DNA of 64,000 nucleotides from NCBI GenBank assembly GCA_020430775.1, contig JAGQJE010000206.1:65837-129836 (forward strand). The letters run 5' to 3'. Source of the stretch: Myxococcales bacterium (GTDB taxonomy: Bacteria; Myxococcota_A; Polyangia; Polyangiales; Houyiibacteriaceae). Of this stretch, positions 1 to 10,288 are shown piece after piece. Both the position numbers and the translations under genes were made by a program. The notes beneath the pieces were generated by a model. That model had not been told where the DNA came from, did no database searches, and was given only the letters and a program-made list of their open reading frames with translations. Each line of letters starts with the position of its first letter. The first letter of the stretch is position 1.

Positions 1-367
1 AAAAGGGCGGGAAGACCACGGCGGCGACCGCGCAGGTCACGGCCGCCTCACGGGCCGCGTGAGGGGCCGCGGCGCGGGCCGCACGCGCGAGGTCCAGCAC
101 CCCGAGCGGCCCGGCAGGGCGGGGGTCGCTCGGGTCGGTCGGCTCGAGCAGCCCGCCGAGGTGAACGCCGAAGGCGCGCACGCCCCGGCCCGAGCGCCTC
201 GCGAGCCAGAGCGTGACCGCCATCAAGAGGGCCCCGATGGCGATCGCTTCGAAAGGCGCGATCGGCGCCCGCGCTGGCAGGGCGAGCGCGCGCGCCAGCG
301 CGACCACCGCCAGCGTCACGGCGACGTAGACCCCGAACGCCTCGAGCAGCGGACCGCGGCGTGCCAT
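1..367 (-). CDS. hypothetical membrane protein, N-terminal part only (gene runs off left edge of window)
   Basis: Absent from the ORF track because it has no stop in the window. Reverse-strand ATG at 367-365 opens a frame that stays open to position 1 with strong G/C third-position bias. Translation MARRGPLLEAFGVYVAVTLAVVALARALALPARAPIAPFEAIAIGALLMAVTLWLARR contains hydrophobic helices. Confidence 0.4.
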   Translation of the reverse strand, partial: MARRGPLLEAFGVYVAVTLAVVALARALALPARAPIAPFEAIAIGALLMAVTLWLARRSGRGVRAFGVHLGGLLEPTDPSDPRPAGPLGVLDLARAARAAAPHAAREAAVTCAVAAVVFPPF

Positions 368-650
368 CTGCGCCCGCGATAGCAGGTTCTCTCGCCCCGG
401 TCCCCGAGATGCTCGCTCACTCGAGCCTGCGCCAGCGCCTGCCCGAGGTGGCGACCGAGACGGGTCTTCGACGGGCTGCTAGGCTGCTCGCCACGTCCGT
501 GTTCGTCTCCGTGCTCAGCTCGGGTGGTCCCGTTCCCGCGACCGCGCCACGTCGGCCGCCTGGTCCGGGTAGGGTGGCGCCTCGCCGAAGCGCCGACGCT
601 CGGCCGAGGACGAGACGCGGCCCCCGCCGCCCGCGGAGGGCGCCTGCGCG

Positions 651-2504
651 GTGATCCCCGAGGAGACCATCGCAGAGATCCGCGAGCGGATAGACCTGGT
701 CGACTTCATCGGCCAGTACGTGAAGCTCAAGAAGGTCGGCGCGAGCCACCGAGGGCTCTGCCCCTTCCACAGCGAAAAGACGCCGTCCTTCTACGTGCAC
801 CGCGAGCGGCGCTTCTATCACTGCTTCGGTTGCCAGGCCTCGGGCGACGCCATCGGGTTTCTGCGCCAGCTCGAGGGGCTGTCCTTCCCGGAGGCCGTGG
901 CGCAGCTCGCCGAGCGCGTGGGGGTCGAGCTGCCGAGCCTCGATCCGCGCGAGCAGGCGGAGCAGCAGCGCCACAAGCAGCGGTCCGCCCGGCTCGACGC
1001 GGCGATGGAGGCTGCGACCGCCTTCTTCGTGGAGCAGCTCACCGTGCATCCCCTCGGCCACGTCGCCCGGGCCGAATACGAGCGCCGCGGCATCACGACG
1101 GCGACCGCGGAGCGGTTTCGCCTCGGCTACGCGCCGGACGCGTGGGACGCGCTCGGGGCGGCGCTGCGGGCGCGAGGCGTCGCCGATCGCGACGCCGAGG
1201 CCGTGGGGCTCATCGCGCGCCGGCGCTCGGGCAGCGGGTACTACGACCGCTTCCGCCACCGGCTCATGTTTCCGGTCGCCGACGTGCATGGCCGCGTGGT
1301 GGCCTTCAGCGGCAGGCTGCTCCCGCCCGCCGATCCGCACGGCGACGCGGCCCCCCGGGACCGCGCGCCGAAGTACATCAACAGCCCGGAGAGCCCCATC
1401 TACCACAAGGGCTCGGTGCTCTTCGGGCTGCACCAGGGTCGCGTCGCCGTCCGCCGCGAGGGGTGGTCGCTCGTCTGCGAGGGCAACTTCGACCTGCTCG
1501 CGCTGCACCAGGCCGGCTTCGAGAACGCGGTGGCGCCGCTCGGGACGGCGCTGACCGAGGCGCACGCGCGGCTGCTGCGCCGCTACGGCGAGCGCGCGGT
1601 GCTCCTCTTCGACGGCGACGCCGCGGGGCGCAAAGCGGCGCGCGCGGCGTACCCGCTGCTCGCGGCTGCCGGCGTCGGCGCGTCGGTCGCGGCGCTCCCC
1701 AACGGGCACGACCCGGACAGCTTCTTGCGGGAACGCGGTCCGGAGGTGCTGCATGCGCTCGTCGACGCGGCGCCCGGCATCGTCGCCTACCTCATCGACG
1801 AGGCCGCCGCGAGCGCGGCCGGCGACGCCCACGCGAAGGCCGAAGCCATCGCCGGCCTCGGGCCGGTGCTCGCCTCCGTCGACAACCCGGTCGAGGTGCC
1901 CATCTACATCGAGCGCATCGGGCGGAGGTTCGGCGTCCGTGATTTGCACAGCGTGCGGCGGCAGCTACGCCGCGGGCTGGCTCCACGCGACCGGCGGCGC
2001 AAGCCCGCCGCTGCCGAGCAGAAGCCGAACGATCCCGGCCGAGTGCGGCGCGCGGACCCACCGAAGCTCGAGGGAGAGCTGTTCGCGCTGCTGCTTCACC
2101 ACCCCGGTCTTTTCGCTACCGAAGAAGCCAATAATCTCCGGGACCTTTTGACGAGTCGGGATCTTCAGGCCATGTTTGACTCGGCGTCGCGGATGGTGGA
2201 AGACCGAGGCGCCATCGATGGGCCCGGGTTGCTGTCGGAGTGTGGTGACAGCCCCGCGCTGGGTTGGTTGGAAGAGCGGCTGGTCGTGCAGCAACACGGA
2301 GCCGAGGAAGCGAAGGATGTCCTTGCGGACGGGGTATTGCGGCTCGCGCTTCAGAATATCGAGCGAGAGCTGCGGCGCCTCCACGGGGCCATCGTCGACG
2401 CCAGGCGACAGGGTGACGAAGACAGAGCGCGCTCGCTGACACGCCGGCAGGTCGCGCTCGCACGAAGCGCGAACCGCCTCCACCAGAGGAACTCCAAGAG
2501 GTGA
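651..2504 (+). CDS. dnaG: DNA primase DnaG
   Basis: N-terminal CHC2 zinc finger [36 protein letters not shown]-type segments [16 protein letters not shown] and [13 protein letters not shown]. Classic dnaG-rpoD adjacency. Confidence 0.95.
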   Translation: MIPEETIAEIRERIDLVDFIGQYVKLKKVGASHRGLCPFHSEKTPSFYVHRERRFYHCFGCQASGDAIGFLRQLEGLSFPEAVAQLAERVGVELPSLDPREQAEQQRHKQRSARLDAAMEAATAFFVEQLTVHPLGHVARAEYERRGITTATAERFRLGYAPDAWDALGAALRARGVADRDAEAVGLIARRRSGSGYYDRFRHRLMFPVADVHGRVVAFSGRLLPPADPHGDAAPRDRAPKYINSPESPIYHKGSVLFGLHQGRVAVRREGWSLVCEGNFDLLALHQAGFENAVAPLGTALTEAHARLLRRYGERAVLLFDGDAAGRKAARAAYPLLAAAGVGASVAALPNGHDPDSFLRERGPEVLHALVDAAPGIVAYLIDEAAASAAGDAHAKAEAIAGLGPVLASVDNPVEVPIYIERIGRRFGVRDLHSVRRQLRRGLAPRDRRRKPAAAEQKPNDPGRVRRADPPKLEGELFALLLHHPGLFATEEANNLRDLLTSRDLQAMFDSASRMVEDRGAIDGPGLLSECGDSPALGWLEERLVVQQHGAEEAKDVLADGVLRLALQNIERELRRLHGAIVDARRQGDEDRARSLTRRQVALARSANRLHQRNSKR

Positions 2505-4939
2505 CAATGGCCATGAGGAACTCGACGAGGGGCACGCGTAAGGGGAGCGCGGCCGGGGCAGGAGGTTCGAGCGAGGAGCGTGCGAGTGCGGGCGATCGAA
2601 GGGATGGGCTAGGAGGCGGCAAGCCGCGGGGCGCCGCGGCGAAGACGAGGGCGGTGACGCAGAAGATCAAGGAGTCGGTCATGGGTTCCTGGGGGCGGTC
2701 CCGACGGGACGCGCGCAAGGAGCAGCCGGTCGGGACGGTCGAGACGTCGCCCGCTGCGACCGAGGCACCGGCGACCGAGGCCAGCGCAGCGCCGGAGCAG
2801 CCCCAGCGCGAAGCGAGCGCCGCGCCGGCGGCCGCGCGCGCGACCAAGACCGCGAAGGCCAGCACGGCAGCGAAGAAGGCGACCGCGGGGCAAGGGCGCA
2901 CGAGCCGAGCCAAGAAGACCCGCCCGGCGGCGAAGGCGAAGAAGCGCGCCGGCGGGTCAGCGACGAGCGCCAGCCAGGGGTCGACGGCGTCGAAGGCGTC
3001 GAAGAAGGCGCGCGCCGGGGCCAAACAGGCCACCTCGAGCCCGGCGGTCCCCGAGGATGCCGGTGCCGCGGAGAAGGCTCCCGGCGCGAACGGCAGCCCG
3101 GCGAAGGTCGATCACCAGGTGAACGGGCGTGCAGGCGCCGCTGCGGCAGCGCTCGCGGCCTCCGGCGTCGATGCCGATGCCGCGAGCCCGGTCGCGCCCC
3201 AGCCGGCGCTCACGAAGCCCTCACGTGGGCGCGAGCGGCGGGAGGTCCAGGCGCTGCTCGAGCGCGGCCGGCTCAAGGGCTTCCTGACCTACGAAGAGAT
3301 CAACGAGGCGCTCCCCGTCGAGATGGTCACCTCCGACCAGATCGACGACCTGATGGGCTGGCTCGGTGACGAGTCCATCGAGGTCGTGGACTCCGCCGCC
3401 CAAGGGAAGAAGCGCCAGGAGACGCAGCGCGCCGCCGCGCGTGGCGCGCGGGCCGTACGCGGCCCGGCGGTGGACGAGGCCCGCAACGGCAAGTCGAACG
3501 ACCCCGTGCGGATGTACCTCCGCAAGATGGGGTCGGTCTCGCTGCTCACGCGCGAGGGCGAGGTCGAGATCGCCAAGCGCATCGAGACGGGAGACGCGCG
3601 CGTGTTCGAGGCGATCCTCGACTCCGCCGTCGGACGCGCGGCGATCGTCAACCTCGGAGAGGATTTGCGCCGGGGGAAGGTGCGCCTCAAGGACGTCGTC
3701 AAGGATGTCGAGAAGGTAGGCGGCGGCGGTCTCACGGCGGACGAAGCGAAGGCGCACGTCCTCAAGCTCTTCGATCGCATGAAGCGGCTCGAGGCCAGCG
3801 ACGCGCGCTCGCGCCGGCACCGCGCGGCGTCCGTCGAGAAGCGCCGTCGCGACCGTGCTGAGGTGATGGCGGCCATCGATCTGCACAAGAAGCAGGTCGA
3901 TCGCATCGTCCGGCGCATCAAGAGCTACGTGCATGGCGTCGAGCGCGCGGCCCGCAAAGTCTCCGACGCCGAGCGACGTGTCGGCGGACTGCGCGCCACC
4001 GAGATGGCCGGCGTCCTGCGCGAGATGGAGGAGAGCAAGGCCGCCGAGCGCCGCCTCTCGCGCAAGTACGGATCGATCGAGCGCATCCGCATGGCGCAGG
4101 AGTCTGTGCGCAGCGCGCAGAAGGGCGCCCGGCGCATCGAGGAGGAGGTCGGCGAGAGCGCAGAGACGCTCCGCGAGACCTACACGCAGTTGCTCGAGGG
4201 CGAGCGACTCGCCGATCGCGCGAAGGCGGAGCTCGTCGAGGCGAACCTCCGCCTCGTCGTGTCGATCGCGAAGAAGTACACGAACCGCGGCCTGCAGTTC
4301 CTCGACCTCATCCAGGAGGGGAACATCGGCCTCATGAAGGCCGTCGACAAGTTCGAGTACCGCCGCGGCTACAAGTTCTCGACCTACGCGACGTGGTGGA
4401 TCCGCCAGGCGATCACGCGCGCGATCGCGGACCAGGCGCGGACCATCCGCATCCCGGTCCACATGATCGAGACCATCAACAAGCTCATCCGCACCTCGCG
4501 CTACCTCGTGCAGGAGCTCGGGCGCGAGCCGGTCCCCGAGGAGATCGCCGCGCGCATGGACATGCCGCTCGAGAAGGTCCGCCGCGTCTTGAAGATCGCG
4601 AAGGAGCCCATCAGCCTCGAGACACCGATCGGCGAGGAGGAGGACAGCCACCTCGGCGACTTCATCGAGGACAAGTCTGCGGTGTCGCCGGTGGAGGCCG
4701 TCATCAACGGCAACCTCGAAGACCAGACCCGCAACGTACTGAAGACGCTCACGCCGCGCGAAGAGAAGGTGCTGCGGATGCGCTTCGGCATCGGCGAGAA
4801 GAGCGACCACACCCTCGAAGAGGTCGGACAGGACTTCGAGGTGACGCGCGAGCGGATCCGTCAGATCGAGGCAAAGGCGCTGCGCAAGCTGCGCCACCCG
4901 AGCCGCACCAAGCAGCTCCGCCCTTTCATGGAGACCTGA
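2501..4939 (+). CDS. rpoD: primary RNA polymerase sigma factor RpoD (sigma-70) with long basic N-terminal extension
   Basis: Region 2 [39 protein letters not shown] and region 4 [35 protein letters not shown] 2501 overlaps the dnaG stop (GTGA). In-frame ATG alternatives lie at 2507 and 2513, so the start is uncertain. Confidence 0.95.
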   Translation: MTMAMRNSTRGTRKGSAAGAGGSSEERASAGDRRDGLGGGKPRGAAAKTRAVTQKIKESVMGSWGRSRRDARKEQPVGTVETSPAATEAPATEASAAPEQPQREASAAPAAARATKTAKASTAAKKATAGQGRTSRAKKTRPAAKAKKRAGGSATSASQGSTASKASKKARAGAKQATSSPAVPEDAGAAEKAPGANGSPAKVDHQVNGRAGAAAAALAASGVDADAASPVAPQPALTKPSRGRERREVQALLERGRLKGFLTYEEINEALPVEMVTSDQIDDLMGWLGDESIEVVDSAAQGKKRQETQRAAARGARAVRGPAVDEARNGKSNDPVRMYLRKMGSVSLLTREGEVEIAKRIETGDARVFEAILDSAVGRAAIVNLGEDLRRGKVRLKDVVKDVEKVGGGGLTADEAKAHVLKLFDRMKRLEASDARSRRHRAASVEKRRRDRAEVMAAIDLHKKQVDRIVRRIKSYVHGVERAARKVSDAERRVGGLRATEMAGVLREMEESKAAERRLSRKYGSIERIRMAQESVRSAQKGARRIEEEVGESAETLRETYTQLLEGERLADRAKAELVEANLRLVVSIAKKYTNRGLQFLDLIQEGNIGLMKAVDKFEYRRGYKFSTYATWWIRQAITRAIADQARTIRIPVHMIETINKLIRTSRYLVQELGREPVPEEIAARMDMPLEKVRRVLKIAKEPISLETPIGEEEDSHLGDFIEDKSAVSPVEAVINGNLEDQTRNVLKTLTPREEKVLRMRFGIGEKSDHTLEEVGQDFEVTRERIRQIEAKALRKLRHPSRTKQLRPFMET

Positions 4940-4966
4940 GCGCTCGCCGCGCGGGGCCGCCGGGTG

Positions 4967-5050
4967 GCCGGTCGTTCGGTCGTTCGGTCGTTCGACCAGC
5001 CGACGAGCGCGTGAGCGCCGCGCGCGGCAGCCGAACGACCGCCGGCTTTC
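4967..5050 (+). terminator. imperfect long hairpin after rpoD containing a 3x tandem 8-mer
   Basis: GTCGTTCG occurs three times in tandem (4971-4994). Left arm GCCGGTCGTTCGG (4967-4979) can pair with CCGAACGACCGCCGGC (5031-5046), followed by TTTC. The loop is unusually large, so terminator function is only a guess. Confidence 0.3.
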
Positions 5051-5122
5051 GCAGCGCGTGCTGGGGCGCCTCGCGCCGCCGCATGCTATCGGTCATCGCC
5101 TCCCGCGCCATCACGGTGCTGC

Positions 5123-5196
5123 GGGCCCATAGCTCAATCGGTTAGAGCCCCCGTCTCATAAACGGGTCGTTCCTGGTTCGAGTCCAGGTGGGCCTA
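5123..5196 (+). tRNA. tRNA with CAT anticodon; acceptor stem resembles tRNA-Ile2 (lysidine-modified) more than elongator tRNA-Met; not an initiator
   Basis: Hand-folded cloverleaf: acceptor GGGCCCA/TGGGCCT, D arm GCTC-AATCGGTTA-GAGC, anticodon arm CCCGT-CTCATAA-ACGGG (anticodon at 5157-5159), variable loop TCGTT, T arm CCTGG-TTCGAGT-CCAGG, discriminator A. CCA is not encoded. Confidence 0.9.
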
Positions 5197-5396
5197 CTAC
5201 GCGACGACTGGACGGTGCGACACCCGTCCGTCGGGGTGCGACGTCACGCGAGCGGCTCGCGCCTCGCGGCTCGCGCGTCCGGTCGGTGTCGCGTGTTCCC
5301 GCGGGAGGTTGCGTCGCGGGTCGAGGCGAGTTAACCCGCTGCCCGACGGCGCAACCGCCGCGCGCCTTGCTGGGCGGCGAAAGGAGACGACGCGAC

Positions 5397-6107
5397 GTGC
5401 GCGAAGAGCTAGTGGCTTTGGCCAAACTCGCAGCGATGGATGCTTCGGCCCGACACGTCGAGGAGGAGCTCCGCGAGCTTCCCGCACGGATCGAGAGCAT
5501 GCGCGCCGACGTCCAGGTCCTCGAATCACTGCTCGCGCAAGAGCGCGCCCAGCTCGGCGAGGCCGAGGCGCTGCGAGGCGCGCAGGCGGACGACCTCGAA
5601 GCGCGACGAGCGAGCCTGGCGAACGCCCGCAAGAAGGTCGCCCAGGCGCACAACCTCCGCGAGGCGAACGCGGCCGAGCGCGAGGTCGAGGTGAACCGCC
5701 AGGCGATACGCGATCGTGAGAGCGAGCTCGAGCGAATCGGCGAGGCCGTCGAGGCGAAGCGGGCGTCGCTCGCCGCGCGCGAGGCGCAGTTCGAGGAGGC
5801 TCGCGGGATGTTCGAGCAGGAGGAGCGCCGCTCGAGCTCGCGCATCGAGGAGCTCGCGAAGGAGCGGGATGCCTTGCTCGAAGGCCGTGACAAGCTGGTC
5901 TCGGACCTGCCCACGAAGCTCTTCAAGCGCTACGAGCGACTCAGGCAGCGCATCCCGGACGTCGTGGCCGTGCTCGACAGCGAGACATGCACCGGCTGCA
6001 GGATGGCGCTCCCGCCGCAGCGCTTCGTCGACGCACAGAAGGGCGAGATCGTCGACTGCCCACAGTGCCGCCGCATCGTCGTCTACAAGGGGTTACTCGA
6101 GCCCTGA
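5397..6107 (+). CDS. coiled-coil / C4 zinc-ribbon protein (COG1579, DUF164-like)
   Basis: Long heptad-like Glu/Arg/Ala-rich region followed by a C-terminal CxxC...CxxC ribbon (ETCTGCRMALPPQ...IVDCPQCRRIVVY). AAGGAG lies about 10 nt upstream of GTG 5397. The ORF-track start at 5286 was judged too far upstream. Confidence 0.8.
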   Translation: MREELVALAKLAAMDASARHVEEELRELPARIESMRADVQVLESLLAQERAQLGEAEALRGAQADDLEARRASLANARKKVAQAHNLREANAAEREVEVNRQAIRDRESELERIGEAVEAKRASLAAREAQFEEARGMFEQEERRSSSRIEELAKERDALLEGRDKLVSDLPTKLFKRYERLRQRIPDVVAVLDSETCTGCRMALPPQRFVDAQKGEIVDCPQCRRIVVYKGLLEP

Positions 6108-6110
6108 GTC

Positions 6111-6173
6111 GCGGCGCAGCCACGGCGAGGCGGCGCAGCCACGGCGAGGCGGCGCAGCCAAGGCGCGGCGGCG
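6111..6173. repeat. 19-nt tandem repeat, about 3.3 copies (GCGGCGCAGCCACGGCGAG)
   Basis: Copies at 6111-6129 and 6130-6148 are identical. A third copy at 6149-6167 has 3 changes and a partial fourth follows. It lies between convergent genes. Confidence 0.85.
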
Positions 6174-6219
6174 TGCGTAGCCGTCCGTCAGCCCACCGCG
6201 GGCACGCGCCGAGCGGCGC

Positions 6220-7140
6220 TCAGACGCGCGAGAGCCAGCGCTCGTCGATCGTGTGCCGGCCCTCGACGACGTCGAAATAGCGCGACTGCACCTCGGCCGT
6301 GATGGGCCCGCGCGCCCCGTCACCGACCAGGCGGTCGTCGATCTCGCGGACCGGGGTGACCTCGGCCGCCGTGCCGACCATGAAGACCTCATCCGCGATG
6401 TACAGCTCGTCCCGCGCGATGAAGCGCTCGCGCACCTCGTAGCCGAGCTCGCCCAGGATGCGCAGCGCCGTGTCCTGCGTGATGCCGCCGAGGACCGACC
6501 CCCCGCGCTGCGGGGTAGACACGACCCCGTCACGGACGAGGAAGAGGTTCTCGCCGGACGCCTCCGAGACGTAGCCCTGCGGGTCGAGCATGATCGCCTC
6601 GTCGTAGCCGGCGGCGAGCACCTCGCGCTTCGCGAGGATCGAGTTGACGTAGTGCCCGATGATCTTGCCCTTGGCCATCGACGAGTTGACGCCGGGCCGC
6701 GCGAACGAGCTGACCTTCGCGCGGATGCCCTTCGCGAGGCCGTCCTCACCGAGGTAGGCGCCCCAGCGCCACGCGATGACGGCGACGCGGGTGCGGTTGC
6801 TCATGGCGCCGAGCCCCATCGCGCCCTCGCCGATGAACGCGATGGGTCGCAGGTAGCACTCGGTGAGGTCGTTGACGCGCACGGTCTCGCGGCACGCCTC
6901 GGCGACCGTCGCCTGGTCGTACGGCATGTCGAGCGTGCAGATCTTGGCGGAGTCGAAGAGGCGCCGGATGTGGTCGTCGAGCCGGAAGATCGCGCTCCCC
7001 TCGCCGGCGAGCGCGTAGCATCGGATGCCTTCGAACACTCCGAGCCCATAGTGCAGGCTGTGCGTGAGGATGTGCACGTTGGCGTCGTTCCAGCCGACGA
7101 GCTCGCCATCGAGCCAGATCTTGTCCACCTGATCGACCAT
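6220..7140 (-). CDS. ilvE: branched-chain amino acid aminotransferase
   Basis: Lies inside ORF 6220-8076. The recognisable class IV aminotransferase sequence begins at the internal ATG at 7140 (MVDQVDKIWLDGELVGWNDANVHILTHSLHYGLGVFEGIRCY...EVFMVGTAAEVTPVREID). The upstream part of the ORF is an Arg/Ser-rich shadow overlapping glnE. Confidence 0.93.
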   Translation of the reverse strand: MVDQVDKIWLDGELVGWNDANVHILTHSLHYGLGVFEGIRCYALAGEGSAIFRLDDHIRRLFDSAKICTLDMPYDQATVAEACRETVRVNDLTECYLRPIAFIGEGAMGLGAMSNRTRVAVIAWRWGAYLGEDGLAKGIRAKVSSFARPGVNSSMAKGKIIGHYVNSILAKREVLAAGYDEAIMLDPQGYVSEASGENLFLVRDGVVSTPQRGGSVLGGITQDTALRILGELGYEVRERFIARDELYIADEVFMVGTAAEVTPVREIDDRLVGDGARGPITAEVQSRYFDVVEGRHTIDERWLSRV

Positions 7141-7243
7141 GGATCCTCCGTGGCGGCGCCCGCTCGGGTGACGACCCGACGCGAGGCGCTGCCCGCCACT
7201 GTGTAGCACAGGCTGAGCGCGCGCTGGATGCGGCCGGGCGCGT

Positions 7244-10200
7244 TCAGGTCGCTTCGGCTCGTCGCGACGCCCGCCCCCACGGGGCCTCGATGCCGACCGG
7301 CGCGACGATGCGCTCGAAGATCTCGCGCACCTCCGTCGCCTCGCGGCGCCACACGTCCCGCAGGACCCGGCCAGGCGCGTGCCCATCGCGCTCGCGGATC
7401 CGTAGGCGTCGCGCCACCGCGTCTGCGCGCGGTCCCGGAAAGAGCAGCGACGCCTGGCCGGCCTCGTCGAGCAGGGCGAGCGATTGCTCGACCTCGCGGA
7501 AAAAGAGGTACGCCTCTTCGAGCGCCTCGGCGTCGCGGGCGCCGAGGTAACCGCGCTCGCGCAGCGCACGGAGCGCGTCGAGCGTGTTGCGATGCCGCAC
7601 GGCGTGGTCCGCGCCGTGGACCATCTGGAGGTACTGCGTGATGAATTCGACGTCGACCAGCGCGCCGTAGCCGACCTTCGGGTGGTGGCGATCGACCTGC
7701 TCGCGCGCCAGCTCTTCTTCGATGCGCCGTCGCATGTTGGCGAGCTGCTCGCCCGGCTCGGCTGGGGCGTCGTACGCGATGTGGGCGGCGAGCGCGGTGA
7801 ACTGCCCGGCGAGCAGGGCGTCGCCGGCGACCACCCGCGCCCGAAGGAGCGCCTGGCGCTCCCAGGCCGCGGCGTGACGCTGGTGGTAGCGCTCGAAGCC
7901 CTCGACCGAGACGACGAGCATGCCCTTCGAGCCGCTCGGCCGCAGCCGCGTGTCGACCTCGTAGCCACGCCCGGCCTCGTCGTGCTGGGACAGCAAGCGC
8001 ATCGTCCGCTGCGCGATGCGCGCGAAGAGCTCCCCGTGCGTGATCGAGCGCTGCTCCCCGTGCGCCTCGGTCTCACCCTCGGCGCTGAAGACGAACATGA
8101 GGTCGAGGTCGCTGGTGAACCCGAGCTCCCTGCCGCCGAGCTTGCCCATGCCGACGACCACCATCGACGCGCGCGAGCCCCCGCCTTCCGGCGCGGACGG
8201 CCTGCCGAAGCGCTGCGTCTGCTCGCGCTCGGCGTAGCGGTACGCGCGCTCGATCTGCGCGTCCGCGAGGGCGCTGAGCCGCGCCTGCGCCACTTCGATC
8301 GGGGCCTCGCCCGCCACGTACGCGAGGCCGATCCGGAGGGTCAGCTCTCGCCGAATGCGTCGCAGCGTCGCGACCGTCTGCTCGATGTCGGCGAGCGGGT
8401 CCACGGCGAGCTCGGGCAGGTCGTGGGCGGCGCGGATCTCGTCGACCGACGGGAGCCGCCCGTGGACCGTGAGCACCTCGTCGATCGCCTCCGGATGGCC
8501 GACGAGCGACCGCGAGAGCGTCGCGCTCGAGCCGAAGAGCATGACGAGGCGCCGCGCGACGTGCGGCTCGCTCTCGAGCAGGCGGTCGTAGCTCCACTCC
8601 CGTCCGACCCGCGTGAAGAACTCCGCCAAGAAGCGCAGCGCCGAGTCCGGGTGCCCGGCGTCCCGCACCGCGTCGAGCAGAATGGACGCGAGCCGCGGCG
8701 CACGCTGGCGACCCACCGGACCGAGCGGTGAGTACGCGTGCCTCGCGAGGCGGGTCAGGTAGCTGGCCGCTTCGAGCGAGTCTTGCACGGCGAGCGCCGC
8801 GGCGACGTCGTCGGCGAGCTCGTCGGGGGCGGCGCCGTCGGAGACCCGGTCGATCAGCGCATCGAGCGCGTCGTTGGCATCCGGCTCTTCGCGCGCGCCG
8901 TCGGTGAGCGAGTCGAAGAGCGTCGCGACATGACGACGCGCGGCGCCGAGGTGCCGATCGAACTCCGACGCATCGGCGAACCCGAGCGAGCGCGCGAACC
9001 GTTCGCGCTCCGGCCCCGGCCGCGGCAGGTCGTGGGTCTGGTAGCCGGTCTTGAAGTGGATGCGGTGCTCGATGCGGCGCAGGAGCGCCCAGTTCGCGCC
9101 CAACGCCGCGGAGTCGCGGTGGCTGATGAGGCCGGCGACGCGAAGGCGCCGGAGCGCCTCAGGCGTGCTGGTCACCTGCAGCTCGGGGTGCTGCCCACCC
9201 CAGATGAGCTGCAGCGTCTGGACGAAGAACTCGGCTTCGCGGATGCCGCCGCGGCCGAGCTTGATGTCGAGCTTCGGGTCGGCGTGCAGCTCACGCCGTG
9301 AGCGGACGACCATCTGCGTCATCTCGTCCGCGATGCGCGGGTCGACCTCGCGGCGAAAGACGAAGGGCCGCAGCGTCCTCAGCAGCCGCTCTCCGAGCGC
9401 GATGTCTCCGGCGATCGGCCTCGCGCGGAGCAAGGCCGCGCGCTCCCACGGGCGCCCGAAGGACGCGTAGTAGCGCTCGGCGCTCTCGAGCGAGTTGACG
9501 ATCGGCCCGCCGCTGCCTTCGGGCCGGAGCCGCAGATCGACTCGGAAGCAGAACCCGTCCTCGGTGACGTCCGCCAGCAGGCGCGTCGTGCGCCGGGCGA
9601 TCCGCGCGAAGAGGCCGTGCGGCGTCAGATCGTCGTCCCTGCCTTGCCCGTCGTCGGTGTGGGCGCCGGCGGGCGGGACGACGGTCGCGTCGTCGGTCCC
9701 GTAGAAGAACATGAGGTCGACGTCGCTCCCCGGGTTGAGCTCCGACCCGCCGAGCTTGCCCATGCCGAGCACCGTCATCGACACCGCGCGTCCATCCTCG
9801 GCGCGCGGCGTCCCGAAGCGCGCGAACGCGTCGGCGGTCGCGCAGCGAAGCGCGGCGTCGATGGCGGCGCTCGCGAGCGAGGACAGCTCGGCGCTGCTCT
9901 GGTCGACGTCGGCCAGACGCAGGACCTCACGCATCGCGATGCGCACCATGATCCGGTGGCGGAGCCGCCGCAGCACGCGCGCGAGCTCGGGGCCGTCGTG
10001 CAGGCCTCTCGTCGCGGCGTGGAACATCTCTCGAATCAGCGCGTCCGAGTCGCCGCGTGAGAGCGGCCGGTCGAGGACGTCGCGAGGGAGCGTCGGGTCC
10101 GCGACGGCGAGCGGCAGCAGCGCCGGAGCGTGCTCGGCGAGCGCGGCCACGAGCCCACGCACGTCGTCGTCGGAGATGTCGCCGCCGGCCTCCGCGAACG

Positions 10201-10288
10201 ACGCCACGCCGCGAGCGCCAGCCTCGGTCACCACCGCCCGCAGCGTCGGCAATGTCGGGCGCTCCTCCCGAGTGGGCCCCTCAACCAT
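7244..10288 (-). CDS. glnE: glutamine synthetase adenylyltransferase / adenylyl-removing enzyme
   Basis: 1014 aa with two nucleotidyltransferase repeats, GMGKLGGSELNPGSDVDLMFFY and GMGKLGGRELGFTSDLDLMFVF. Confidence 0.92.
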   Translation of the reverse strand: MVEGPTREERPTLPTLRAVVTEAGARGVASFAEAGGDISDDDVRGLVAALAEHAPALLPLAVADPTLPRDVLDRPLSRGDSDALIREMFHAATRGLHDGPELARVLRRLRHRIMVRIAMREVLRLADVDQSSAELSSLASAAIDAALRCATADAFARFGTPRAEDGRAVSMTVLGMGKLGGSELNPGSDVDLMFFYGTDDATVVPPAGAHTDDGQGRDDDLTPHGLFARIARRTTRLLADVTEDGFCFRVDLRLRPEGSGGPIVNSLESAERYYASFGRPWERAALLRARPIAGDIALGERLLRTLRPFVFRREVDPRIADEMTQMVVRSRRELHADPKLDIKLGRGGIREAEFFVQTLQLIWGGQHPELQVTSTPEALRRLRVAGLISHRDSAALGANWALLRRIEHRIHFKTGYQTHDLPRPGPERERFARSLGFADASEFDRHLGAARRHVATLFDSLTDGAREEPDANDALDALIDRVSDGAAPDELADDVAAALAVQDSLEAASYLTRLARHAYSPLGPVGRQRAPRLASILLDAVRDAGHPDSALRFLAEFFTRVGREWSYDRLLESEPHVARRLVMLFGSSATLSRSLVGHPEAIDEVLTVHGRLPSVDEIRAAHDLPELAVDPLADIEQTVATLRRIRRELTLRIGLAYVAGEAPIEVAQARLSALADAQIERAYRYAEREQTQRFGRPSAPEGGGSRASMVVVGMGKLGGRELGFTSDLDLMFVFSAEGETEAHGEQRSITHGELFARIAQRTMRLLSQHDEAGRGYEVDTRLRPSGSKGMLVVSVEGFERYHQRHAAAWERQALLRARVVAGDALLAGQFTALAAHIAYDAPAEPGEQLANMRRRIEEELAREQVDRHHPKVGYGALVDVEFITQYLQMVHGADHAVRHRNTLDALRALRERGYLGARDAEALEEAYLFFREVEQSLALLDEAGQASLLFPGPRADAVARRLRIRERDGHAPGRVLRDVWRREATEVREIFERIVAPVGIEAPWGRASRRAEAT

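Noticed and set aside
59-654. Plus-strand ORFs 59-382 and 361-654 at the left edge
   Set aside because: Their products are highly basic and low complexity. The minus-strand partial gene (1-367) has better codon bias and membrane-protein character. The region 368-650 was treated as the dnaG upstream region.
417-1949. 510-aa minus ORF and 472-aa plus ORF (524-1942) overlapping dnaG
   Set aside because: dnaG is unambiguous in its own frame. The alternatives are shadow ORFs.
3221-4897. 558-aa minus-strand ORF antisense to rpoD
   Set aside because: rpoD is unambiguous. The antisense translation is Leu/Arg/Asp/Ala-rich without motifs.
5123-6107. Genomic island integrated at the tRNA gene
   Set aside because: No integrase, direct repeat of the tRNA 3' end or compositional shift follows the tRNA. 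The next genes are ordinary housekeeping genes.
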